NCBI RefSeq assembly: GCF_006345805.1
Contig: NC_042997.1
Coordinates: forward strand, 193,936,001 to 194,000,000
Reading direction: 5' to 3'
Length of the DNA stretch: 64,000 nucleotides
DNA from: Octopus sinensis
Lineage: Eukaryota
This document shows positions 49,976 through 62,723 of the stretch, in pieces. Positions within the stretch are counted from its first letter, which is position 1. Each line of letters starts with the position of its first letter. The translations under genes were made by a program, and so were the position numbers. Below the pieces are notes generated by a model that was given only the letters and a program-made list of their open reading frames with translations, had not been told where the DNA came from and made no database searches.

Positions 49976-50224
49976 TAATAATAATAATAATAATGATAAT
50001 AATAATGATAATAATAATAATATATATATATATAATATATATATATATTAAACTAATACACTTTCTCATTGTTTATACTTAAAAGTATGCTTAAAATGTT
50101 CTTTGTCAAAGAACCTATATACTATTAAAAGCTTCATTTTGTTAAATACTGCTAAACTGCGAAAGGTGTCACATCATACGGACTAACACTGCATTATTAT
50201 TATTATTATTACTATTATTATTAC

Positions 50225-50515
50225 TTTTTTTTTTCTTCTTTCAAATTTGCTTCCATTTCTTACCGAGTGTCTTCCCGACTCCTAGGGCAAAGAAACTCAT
50301 AGTATACATTGGTAGGCCATTAAACCAAACTCAATAGTTCGTTCATTTTTTTTAAAAGTTAAATTAAAATACATGAGCAGCAACAGTTCTCACATCGACA
50401 ATGCTCTTCTCATTACGTGTGATGTACCAGTTAAGACAATCTTTTGCACTTCTTGCAGGGATGGTAAGCCAGGGATCATTCTCATATATTTTTCGGTTCC
50501 CTTCTTGATCATTCC
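50225..50515 (-). mobile_element. R4/Dong 3' end fragment embedded in (TTA)n
   Basis: Homologous to 63645-63935 and 40620-40930 (MIKKGTEKYMRMIPGLPSLQEVQKIVLTGTSHVMRRALSM). Confidence 0.85.
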
Positions 50516-50573
<58 letters not shown>

Positions 50574-51709
50574 ATAAAAAGGATTATTGTTGTGATTTCC
50601 TAAATTTTAAATGAGCAGTTAGCCTCTCACTCAAGGAACATTTAAACTGTTGTCAGAATTGCCAAGAATTGGTTACATCGTTAACTAATAAATAATAAAG
50701 TAGTGAAATAGAACCAGCGCGTATGTTTATGGTTAGCATAATGACCCTCCCGAGACACAACAAAAGAACATTTTTAAATTCTTACATTTTTGATACTGTG
50801 AAGAGCCATTCCTGTTCTTCTGAAGAATAATTTCTGGGATTTGGAATTTAATTCAAGTTTATTTATGTATTTATAATTGGCACGTGATTCAAAGATTATC
50901 TCTTCTTGTTTCTGCTACTGTCGGTATTTTCGTTGCTGTTGTTTCCTTTTCTTTTATTCCTTTCTGGTGATGTTGGTGCTGGTTAGGATGCTTGCAGTTG
51001 ATGCTGGTAATGGTGATGAGTTTTATTGCTGCTGGCAAACCGAAGTTTATCTAGTTGGATCAAAGGTCGAAGAAAAATTGCAGAGAATAAAATTGGCAAA
51101 AAAGTTTGCAGTGATTCTGAAATGATGTTTGCTCTGTTGAAAAGACAGAAACGTTTTGTTGAGGTGTCTTGGCGAATTCCCGTTCTTATAGCATTTAATC
51201 AGGATACGAGGCTGAAAATGGTGTATACGTACAAACATACATTCGCACATACCTACTTACATAATACATGTATACATACATATATATGTACATACACACA
51301 TATACATACATATAAATATATGTATATATATAGAGATATATATGTATGCATGTATCTATTTCTGCGTGTATTCATGCGTGTGTTTATGGGTGGAGGCAGA
51401 AGTCGTCTCTGTGAAGCAACGATTAAAATCACTGTCAATGCCGGGTTTAGTGTAAACAGCTGTTTATTTGTATGTACGTACATATAAATGTATGTGCAAG
51501 CGCATCGGTGTTTCTAAGTGTGTTTATGCATATTTATGTGATTCTGTATGTGGGAAGGTGGATAAGGCACTTGTATTGAGAAAACTTCAAAATATGTCCT
51601 TCACAAAGTGTGCGTGCGCTTCCGAGTTTCATTAATTATTGTTAGTGTATAAGTGTGTGTTCCTTCATGTGAAAACGATGTTTCAAATAGACTATTTGCA
51701 AATGCAACA

Positions 51710-52330
51710 CGAAAAAGATGAACCCATCAAAGGAACCCATTACCATTTCTGCTAACACGCAATCCGCAACATCAAAGCATTTTTAACATCGTCAAAACAA
51801 ATTTGCCAGTCATAAAGCAAAGGGAAAAATTAAAACATAATAACTTATCTTAAGTAAAAGACAATCACATAACCTAAAGAAACTGTTATCGAAGGCAAAA
51901 TTCAACATGAACAAACAGGGTAAAACATTCACAGTATCCAAGTGTAATGATAACAGATGTGGAACGTGTCAATACATGTTTAGTGGTAGATCTATTGGAA
52001 CAAAAGTTGGACAGATTTTTGCAAATGCAGATATGAACTGCAAAAGCAGAAATTTAACCTATTGCATTAGATGCCCGAATTGCGAGAAACTACTTATAGG
52101 CGAGGCAGGGAACGCATTATCAGAACGCTCACGAGTCCACAGACAACAAATCCAGAACACTAATGTTGGTCAAATTCCATCGAGCGAACATATAGAGACA
52201 TGTGGTCAGAAAATGTTTCCAATTTTTTTCCTTTCCACAAAAAACAAGTGAGGTTGGAAGAGAGATAAAAGAAAAACGGTTTATGAAAATGTTCAAATCT
52301 GAACGGAAATAAAAAAACAATAATATATCA
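51710..52330 (+). mobile_element. Penelope-like element, GIY-YIG endonuclease region
   Basis: KCNDNRCGTCQY..MNCKSRNLTYCIRCPNCEKLLIGEAGNALSERSRVHRQQI..SEHI, the PLE Cys-rich linker plus a degenerate GIY-YIG. Confidence 0.85.
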
Positions 52331-53453
52331 ACCAGTTAATGATGTGGCTTTAAAAAATATCTCTAACACGTGAATATAAACAAATTACCGAATATCGTTA
52401 CGCCTCACAAATCGTGGTGTTTAAGTTGCATACGGATTGGTCAAAACCGTTTTCTAAAAATTCAGCTTGTTGAAGCATTCTAAGAGGTATTACAGTTATC
52501 AAGAACTCAACTGTCAGTTAAACACATTTGAAATCTGATGATTACTCTATGTATGAAAGCGCTAACTTAACTTTATGAGCGTTACAAAATATATTTTTTT
52601 AATGTTAAAATACCAAAATAAAAAACGTGAAAACCAGACATGTTTTAACTTTATTCAACTGATGCATACATACTGATACATATACATACATACGGAGTGG
52701 CTGCTTTCTCGTATATGAGTAAAGCCATTGCGACAAAGAATCATTAAAATGAGTGATTGATAACGCAATATGAGGTCCTTACATGATTCTTCAGCCCCGC
52801 CAAAGATTCGCACATTTTATTGCATAATGCGCAGTTGTGTTGACTGACAGAAGGAACCGTTGCCACAGTATGAAGTCTTTTAACAGATCTTTTTCATCCT
52901 CCAACAGAACGGCACACCTTTTCCACAGGTTACACATGTTCTAAGAGGTATTACAGCTGTCAAGAACTCAACCGTCAGTTAAACACATTTGAAATTTGAT
53001 GATTACTCTATGTATGAAAGTGCTAATTTAACTTTATGAGCATTACAAAATATTTTTTTACTGTTAAAATACCACAATAAAAAACGTGAAAACCAGACCA
53101 TGTTTTAACTTTATTCAACTGATACATACATACATACATACATAATTTACAAGGGATCAATTCCTACAGATTCTTTGTTGGTTGACCAGGCCTGCATGAC
53201 TCAAGCATTTCCTCTTAAAAATCACACACGTAAAAATCAATACAACTCCATTTTCTATTGGTTCTTTGTTCCAAAGCTTTCTCCTGATCTTCTCGTGTTT
53301 TATTCTCTCTCTTTCAGACTTCGAACAACCACTGTGCACAGATACATACATACATACATACATACATACATACATACATACATACATACATACATACATA
53401 CATACATACATACACACATACATACATACATACATACATACATACATACACAT

Positions 53454-53499
<46 letters not shown>

Positions 53500-54521
53500 T
53501 ATATGTATATTCTCAAATATAAGAGGTGTGGGTTCGAGTACCATGCGCACGGAAAACACTTTTTTTGCAGCCGAGGGTCAAAATGCCCCAACTCTAGACC
53601 ATTTTCTTTAGTCAATACACAGTGATCGCTTATAAGCTTTAAAAAAAATTATCTACAGATTATATATATAATCTGCGGCGATATTTTGACCATATCTCAC
53701 ATGGAATTAAGCGGCGGGCATTTTGAACTGGCCATGATGCATACGTGCATATATATGTAGGTATACGTTCGTATATGTAAGTATTCGTATGTTGTATTTA
53801 TATATATACTAGCAGTATCGCCCGGCGTTGCTCAGGTTTGTAAAGGAATATAACTATAAAGCATTTTTAGAGAGTTATAGCCAAAAATAGCAAAAAAATG
53901 GAAAAAAATGATGGTAAATTTTTTTTGAGAGTAAAAAAGGTGGAGTTGCGTCCCCTAGACAGTTTGCGGTTTGTGTTTCTGATTCTCGACCCCATGTCGA
54001 ATTTATCGATTTTTTTCAGAACTGGGGGAACTTTTCGCTGCGTTAGTTTTGAATTATGACATTGGGCTATGTGTGTGTCAAGTTTCATCAGAATCGGTTG
54101 AAAGCCATGGTCAGGGTGAGGGTACAAGCAAACAGACACACAGAAACACGCACAGACAAACTGCCGTTTATATAGAGAGAGATATGTATTTATGTTTCTC
54201 ATCTGTGTGTATTCTACTGACGATGCAAAGCATTCATAAATGCAAAGTCAGAAATCCGGATCTAGAATTATCCAGTAATTTATTTACTAGTTTCATCTTG
54301 TCTCTTTGTTTTCTCTCCGTGTTGATATATGGAAAATTTAGGTGGTTTTAGAGTCAGATCATGGCTGCTATTTTCAGCATGGTGGTATCTCGTAGATACC
54401 CTAACCTAATTTATAATTTTAATAATTATTACCTTTGAAGGTTATTTTTTCCATGCTGACCACTTGATAAAATCGTTATTTTATTTTTAAATTAACGATC
54501 TTATCCTTATATATATATATA

Positions 54522-55315
54522 CAGGGTGTCCAAAAATGTATACACACTTTAGCCGCTGGTAACTCAATTGATAACTCAAAGGAAATTCATTCTAAAGTGC
54601 TACTAGAAGTGTGAAAACGCAGTTGAAGTGCAAAAACATTTTAGGAGGGAGTTTCGAACAGATCCACCAACGCGAGTTACCATCACTAGAATTAGAGATG
54701 AGTCTGAAGCCGATGGAACTGTTCAGAATGACCACGGGAAGCGTTACGGAAGACCACGAACATCGAACTCCCCCTCCCCCCCCCAAAAAAAAACAAGAAG
54801 GAGTACTGGAAACGTATCACCAAAGTCCAAGAAAATCTATACAGCAAGTGAGTCGCGAGGTAGGTATTTCGAAATCGTCTGTCCAACGCATTTCGAAGCG
54901 TTGTCAATGGAAAAGTTACGTTCCAAGATTAGTCCATGCTATTAAGGACGATTATCCAGACCAAAAAGTGTAGTATTGCGAGTGGTACTTGGCACGATTT
55001 GTAGAAGATGCGCACTTCCTAACAAAGATTGTGTGGAGTGATGAGGCCACATTCAAATTAAATGGTTCAATTAACCGCCACAATTGCACCTACTAGGGAC
55101 CTGAAAATCCGCTTGTTATGGCGGAACATCATGTTAATTTACTAGGAGTTACAGTGTGGTGAGGCTTATCATCAAGAGGATTAATTGGCCATTTATCATC
55201 AAGAGGATTAATTCTCTTTTGGCGCTACTGCAACCGGTCCCGTTTACTTGAACTTGCTGCAATAGTCTATCATACCAAGCATTAGAGAAGACTATGGTGA
55301 GGAGTTTTATTTTCA
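54522..55315 (+). mobile_element. Tc1/mariner-superfamily transposase 5' part (degenerate), truncated by a Penelope-like fragment
   Basis: TA-CAGGGTGTCC TIR; [73 protein letters not shown]. Confidence 0.8.
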
Positions 55316-57000
55316 CAAATACCAATGGACCAGCACAAGATCGGTTTAGGAAGGATATTATTCAAATGATGAAAACATTCGGTTACAGATACCAACTTGT
55401 TAGTTGTCAATTTCCTAGATGTATCCTTAGATTTAAATAATATTTACAAACCTTATAGGAAGCCCAACGATAGATATTAATGTGGGTTCCTACCATCCCC
55501 CCATAGTGTTTAAGAATTTAGTTAAAAACATTAGCAAGAAAATTTCTAGTCTCTCCTCCGATAGAAACATTTTTATTAATGTTGCCCCAATATATATAAT
55601 AAAGCCCTAAAAGATAGTGGATTTAGCGAGGAAATAACCTATACACCTGTTACCAGTCCGGTAATAAAGAAAAGTAAAAATAGGAAGAGGAAAACCATCT
55701 GGTTCACACCCCCTTACTCACCCAAAGTGACCTTTAATATAGGTAAATATTTCTTATCACTTATAGACAGGCATTTTCCAATCAATCATAATTATAGAAA
55801 GCTCTTCAATAGGCATAACCTAAAAATTAGGTTTAGCACATTTTTTAAATATAATTGCACACAACACACAAAAACAACAAAATGAAACCAGCTATTCATG
55901 CAAGGATAAAAAATGTGTGCCCGCTAAATGGAGCTTGCATGTCCGAGACCATCATTTATGAAGCCACCATAGACTCTAAAAACACTAAGGATATAGTTTC
56001 GTCAAAGAAATATGTGGGTCTCACAGAGGGGAGTTTCAAAGCCAGGTTGAACAATCACACCTTGAGCTTCAGACACTGGGATAAAAGGAAAACAACCAAA
56101 TTATCCAGTTATATATGGTCCTTAAAAGAAAAAGGTTTCAACTATAACATTCATTGGAATATCTTAGCCACGTGTAAGCCTTAAACCAACGGCAGTGGAA
56201 AGTGCGGTCTTTGTGATATGGAAAGATGGCTTATCTGGAAAAGCTCCTTAGACCCCGCTACATATCTAAATTCAAGAACTGAACTTTTTGGCTCATGTCC
56301 ACTTATGGTTAAATATTCGTTACGTTTTTGGTCCCCCAAGACCACAGATAGAATCTGCTTTTTATATTGTGTCCACATACAAGCATTTCATTTCTTACCT
56401 ATATATTTTTATATTTCTACATATTTTTATATATATATTTTATATATTTTATTGCTTTATATATTTATATATTTTTCTATACATTACCTTTCATCCTGCA
56501 TTTTTGTGCATGTGCGTAAGGAGACGTGTATATGAACATAACTGTGCGTGTATGGGTATATATGTGTGCGTGTGCGGTTATGCATATGTGTATGTTTACA
56601 TATGCATAGATGCATACATATATATATATGTATTTGTGTTGGTGGGTTTGCATGTATGCGTTTCACGCGAAAGTGAGTAAATATATGCATATATGCACAT
56701 GCACGTGGGTGTGCGTGCGCGTATGTGTATGTATGTAAATGCACGCATACGCGGATTCTATGAGCGTAGTTTTACCCTCTTTGAGTAATTTTGCTTTCTC
56801 CCCATTCAGGTAATTTCCCTTTATTTAGCCGTCATTTTCATAGCATTTTTGTTTGCCTTAATAACTGACGAGATGACGGGGCAGACCTCCGCCCCGACAT
56901 CCGATACCCTGAGATTTATTATGGCAACCGACTAATTGTCACATATTATGATATAGACAAATTCCTTTATTTACATAATATCGAGATCTCATTCATTCAT
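55316..57000 (+). mobile_element. Penelope-like element (RT C-terminus, GIY-YIG, 3' pseudo-LTR), degenerate
   Basis: VNFLDVSLDL..YKPYRKPND..SYHPP..KNISKKISSLSS..IWFTPPYS..CPLNGAC..IIYEATI..KKYVGLTEGSFKARLNNHTLSFRH..KCGLC..LNSRTEL. Confidence 0.88.
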
Positions 57001-57027
57001 TTGCTGTCATATTATATATATATATGT

Positions 57028-57160
<133 letters not shown>

Positions 57161-57205
57161 CATATATATATATGCATATATATACACACATATATATATA
57201 TACAC

Positions 57206-57257
<52 letters not shown>

Positions 57258-57258
<1 letters not shown>

Positions 57259-58228
57259 AAAGTGTCCCACACAATACAAAACCCTGGAAATATTGCACAT
57301 CTGCAACAGGAGTTGGATACAATATACAGGTGGGCTGAGGACAACAACATGCAATTTAATGCAGGTAAGTTCCAGGCCCTGCGCTACCGGCACACAAAGG
57401 TAAACGACATGCAGACTGGATACACTGGCCCAGGAAGAATTGCAATCCCTGAGTCAAAATCAGTGCGTGACCTGGGCATTGACATGAGCAATGATGCATT
57501 TTTTCCAAGTGCATATTACTAATCTGGTGATAAAATGCAGACGGCTAGCTGGATGGATTCTCCGAACTTTCAGAACAAGAGAGAAGGAGACTCTGATGGT
57601 CCTCTGGAAAACTTTCATCCTCAGCCGCTTGGACTACTGCTCCCAACTATGATCACCACACAATATAAAACTAACAGCAGAACTCGAAGCAATTAAAAGA
57701 AGCTACACAAAGAAGATCGTCTCAATGCAAAATATCAGCTACTGGGAAAGACTGAAAGTATTAAACCTCTTCTCCCTAGAGCGAAGGCGGGAGAGATGTG
57801 CGGTGATACATCTGGAAAATCCTGGAGGGTCTTGTCCCAAACTTTGGCATTCAAAGTTACCCCAACCGCAGGACGGGGCGCCACTGCATGGTGCCAAAGA
57901 TTCCAACATCACCATCAAAATACAGGACCAAATACTGCAACAGCTTGGGTTTCAGAGGACCACAGCTCTTTAACATCCTCCCTAAATGCGTGAGAGACTT
58001 GCATGGTGTGGATGTGGGTTTCTTTAAAACTAAACTGGATCTCTTCTTGTCGGGGGTCCCAGATGAACCTACCTCACGACAGGAGACACAAATGCGGGCA
58101 GCGGCATCGAACTCCCTTGTTGACCAAAGTGCCATGTATCAGAGGTGGATTCACATATTAGTGTAGCTCATTCAGCGGTAGTGCCCCAGCATGGCCGCAG
58201 CCTTCGGGCTAAAACATTTTTAAGGATT
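57258..58228 (+). mobile_element. CR1/L2-group LINE 3' fragment (RT C-terminus plus 3' UTR)
   Basis: [93 protein letters not shown]. Confidence 0.9.
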
Positions 58229-58229
58229 T

Positions 58230-58263
<34 letters not shown>

Positions 58264-58501
58264 TAAGGGTAGAAATTGATATTTATCAATTAAGACCAGT
58301 GGTCTAGCATATTAAAAAAGAATCCGAAGATTAAAATATTTATATATACCAATTAAGGACTGAACACGAAAAGTGGACAGTCAACATGCTAGATATAGAC
58401 GTCAAATCGCCATTCACCACAAAAGATTATGTTCTCAGATCAAACTCAACACAAAACCATAGCAATAAACAAGTGAAAAATATACGAAATAAAATAATTA
58501 C

Positions 58502-58565
58502 CCATGTACTAATTAGTTTCAGCTGTTATTTTCCGCAAGGAAAACTGCAGCCATCATCAGCATGG
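58502..58565 (-). ncRNA. Type I hammerhead ribozyme (array copy)
   Basis: Minus strand reads CCAUG-CUGAUGA-U-GGCUG..CAGCU-GAA-ACUAAUUAGU-A-CAUGG: stems I, II and III all pair; cleavage triplet GUA. Confidence 0.8.
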
Positions 58566-59004
58566 TCCGTTATAAATGTAATTTGCTGGACTAGATGCAA
58601 ACACGATACCGAAATATCGCGTGCATGGAGTTCAGCCTATTACATTTGAATATATCTTTCAAATGCCTTTACTTTGGCGCGTTGAAACCCGAGAAAACTA
58701 GCCTGCAGCTAATAATTAGCAGCAGTTAATTTATCGGTTAGAGAACATATTTATTTATATAAAATTAATTAGGGTAGAAATTGATATTTATCAATTAAGA
58801 CCAGTGGTCTAGCATATTAAAAAGAATCCGAAGATTAAAATATTTATATATACCAATTAAGGACTGAACACGAAAAGTGGACAGTCAACATGCTAGATAT
58901 AGACGTCAAATCGCCATTCACCACAAAAGATTATGTTCTCAGATCAAACTCAACACAAAACCATAGCAATAACAACTGAAAAATATACGAAATAAAATAA
59001 TTAC

Positions 59005-59069
59005 CCATGTACTAAATTAGTTTCAGCTGTTATTTTCCGCAAGGAAAACTGCAGCCATCATCAGCATGG
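59005..59069 (-). ncRNA. Type I hammerhead ribozyme (array copy)
   Basis: Same fold; stem III ACUA-AUU-UAGU. Confidence 0.8.
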
Positions 59070-59992
59070 TCCGTTATAAATGTAATTTGCTGGACTAGAT
59101 GCAAACACGATACCGAAATATCGCGTGCATGGAGTTCAGCCTATTACATTTGAATATATCTTTCAAATGCCTTACTTTGGCGCGTTGAAACCCGAGAAAA
59201 CTAGCCTGCAGCTAATAATTAGCAGCAGTTAATTTATCGGTTAGAGAACATATTTATTTATATAAAATTAATTAAGGGTAGAAATTGATATTTATCAATT
59301 AAGACCAGTGGTCTAGCATATTAAAAAGAATCCGAAGATTAAAATATTTATATATACCAATTAAGGACTGAACACGAAAAGTGGACAGTCAACATGCTAG
59401 ATATAGACGTCAAATCGCCATTCACCACAAAAGATTATGTTCTCAGATCAAACTCAACACAAAACCATAGCAATAAACAACTGAAAAATATACGAAATAA
59501 AATAATTACCCATGTACTAAATTAGTTTCAGCTGTTATTTTCCGCAAGGAAGGAAATTATTTTATTTCGTATATTTTTCACTTGTTTATTGCTATGGTTT
59601 TGTGTTGAGTTTGATCTGAGAACATAATCTTTTGTTGTGAATGGCGATTTGACGTCTATATCTAGCATGTTGACTGTCCACTTTTCGTGTTCAGTCCTTA
59701 ATTGGTATATATAAATATTTTAATCTTCGGATTCTTTTTTAATATGCTAGACCACTGGTCTTAATTGATAAATATCAATTTCTACCCTTAATTAATTTTA
59801 TATAAATAAATATGTTCTCTACCGATAAATTAACTGCTGCTAATTATTAGCTGCAGGCTAGTTTTCTCGGGTTTCAACGCGCCAAAGTAAAGGCATTTGA
59901 AAGATATATTCAAATGTAATAGGCTGAACTCCATGCACGCGATATTCGGTATCGTGTTTGCATCTAGTCCAGCAAATTACATTTATAACGGA

Positions 59993-60057
59993 CCATGCTG
60001 ATGATGACTGCAGTTTTCCTTGCGGAAAATAACAGCTGAAACTAATTTAGTACATGG
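59993..60057 (+). ncRNA. Type I hammerhead ribozyme (array copy, stem II mismatch GACUG)
   Basis: Core CTGATGA 59998-60004, GAAA 60038-60041, GTA 60050-60052. A G>A change breaks the second pair of stem II. Confidence 0.6.
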
Positions 60058-60497
60058 GTAATTATTTTATTTCGTATATTTTTCACTTGTTTATTGCTAT
60101 GGTTTTGTGTTGAGTTTGATCTGAGAACATAATCTTTTGTGGTGAATGGCGATTTGACGTCTATATCTAGCATGTTGACTGTCCACTTTTCGTGTTCAGT
60201 CCTTAATTGGTATATAAATATTTTAATCTTCGGATTCTTTTTTAATATGCTAGACCACTGGTCTTAATTGATAAATATCAATTTCTACCCTTAATTAATT
60301 TTATATAAATAAATATGTTCTCTAACCGATAAATTAACTGCTGCTAATTATTAGCTGCAGGCTAGTTTTCTCGGGTTTCAACGCGCCAAAGTAAAGGCAT
60401 TTGAAAGATATATTCAAATGTAATAGGCTGAACTCCATGCACGCGATATTTCGGTATCGTGTTTGCATCTAGTCCAGCAAATTACATTTATAACGGA

Positions 60498-60562
60498 CCA
60501 TGCTGATGATGGCTGCAGTTTTCCTTGCGGAAAATAACAGCTGAAACTAATTTAGTACATGG
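60498..60562 (+). ncRNA. Type I hammerhead ribozyme (array copy)
   Basis: CCATG CTGATGA T GGCTG CA GTTTTCC TTGC GGAAAAT AA CAGCT GAA ACTA ATT TAGT A CATGG. Confidence 0.8.
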
Positions 60563-61004
60563 GTAATTATTTTATTTCGTATATTTTTCACTTGTTTATT
60601 GCTATGGTTTTGTGTTGAGTTTGATCTGAGAACATAATCTTTTGTGGTGAATGGCGATTTGACGTCTATATCTAGCATGTTGACTGTCCACTTTTCGTGT
60701 TCAGTCCTTAATTGGTATATATAAATATTTTAATCTTCGGATTCTTTTTTAATATGCTAGACCACTGGTCTTAATTGATAAATATCAATTTCTACCCTTA
60801 ATTAATTTTATATAAATAAATATGTTCTCTAACCGATAAATTAACTGCTGCTAATTATTAGCTGCAGGCTAGTTTTCTCGGGTTTCAACGCGCCAAAGTA
60901 AAGGCATTTGAAAGATATATTCAAATGTAATAGGCTGAACTCCATGCACGCGATATTTCGGTATCGTGTTTGCATCTAGTCCAGCAAATTACATTTATAA
61001 CGGA

Positions 61005-61069
61005 CCATGCTGATGATGGCTGCAGTTTTCCTTGCGGAAAATAACAGCTGAAACTAATTTAGTACATGG
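61005..61069 (+). ncRNA. Type I hammerhead ribozyme (array copy)
   Basis: Same sequence as 60498-60562. Confidence 0.8.
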
Positions 61070-61222
61070 GTAATTATTTTATTTCGTATATTTTTCACTT
61101 GTTTATTGCTATGGTTTTGTGTTGAGTTTGATCTGAGAACATAATCTTTTGTGGTGAATGGCGATTTGACGTCTATATCTAGCATGTTGACTGTCCACTT
61201 TTCGTGTTCAGTCCTTAATTGG

Positions 61223-61281
<59 letters not shown>

Positions 61282-61507
61282 AATATACATATATATATAT
61301 ACATATATATATACATATATATATACACACATGTACATACATATATATATAATATATATATACATAACATATATATATACATATACATATATATACATAT
61401 ACATATATATATACATATACATATATATATACATATACATAAATATATATATATACATATATATATACATATATACACATATATACACACATATATATAT
61501 ATATGTA

Positions 61508-61552
<45 letters not shown>

Positions 61553-62021
61553 TATATATATGATCTGGATCTTGACTGATGACTGAGAGCTTCGAAAGTC
61601 CCGTCTGTGTGTTTTTTTGTCGTCTTCTAAATGTTTCACGTTCTTGTCCCAGTTTGTGTTTTTTTAACGGTTATATATATATATATATTATATTATATTA
61701 TATTATATTATTTATATTATATTATATAAGCCCCCAAAAGACGAGATAGTCATGGCTGGAAACCGTTGGTCATAGGGTGGGTCAATTACGGTTCACCGAA
61801 GGTTTAACAGCCACAACCAGTACTGTACTATGGGGGTATAACAACAACATCAACTACAACAATACCTACTACAACAACAACTGCCGCTGCTATTACTACA
61901 ACAACAACAACAACTACTACTATTACTACTATTACTACTACTACTACTACTACTACTACTATACTACTACTACTACTACTACTACACTACTACTACTACT
62001 ACTACCACCACCACCACCACC

Positions 62022-62065
<44 letters not shown>

Positions 62066-62486
62066 ATCAATAATAACAACTTTGATTAGGATGTCAACAG
62101 TATAACCTTGAGTAGCGAATTTCCTTTTAAGGCGTGAAGAGTAGCCGTTCTATGATGTCAAACTTCCAGCGGAACTGACACTTCTTGCAACAAGCTGAAT
62201 GGTCCGTATTCGCTTCTCAATGAATAGGAAAAAAGGAAAAAAAAAACACAGGATATCAATCCAGCATGGAATGTACATAATTGTAATATGTGTAACAATA
62301 ACAAGTGATTCTGAGTGGTGCCAGTAAACAGTATGTCGCATGAATACGTATGCTTTACACACATAATTTCATCTATAAAACACACACACACACACACACA
62401 CACATGTACACACACAGGCGCGTACTTACACACACAAATACATATATACATACATACATAAATACATACATACATACATACATACA

Positions 62487-62517
<31 letters not shown>

Positions 62518-62723
62518 TTGAGTAATTGAATGAATTATCTTATTAAGGATAATTCGAAAGATAACCGATACCTGGGCAGCAAATTCACATCAGAAAGAAC
62601 ACGGTTGAAGCTACGTCCATAGGGCATAGACTACGTGTCTTCGTGCGGAAATTTGTATGTTTATTTTAAAATTATAAGTATATGAAAGAATGGAGTTGAA
62701 CGACTAGTTAACAAATATCCTTT

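Larger units (their letters stand above)
58252..61227. repeat. Tandem array of a ~505-bp unit, arranged as two divergent arms (junction ~59550), bounded by (TA)n on both sides
   Basis: Near-identical units with periods of 503-507 nt. The left arm 58252-59550 has ~2.6 units; the right arm 59555-61227 is the reverse complement with ~3.3 units. Confidence 0.95.
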
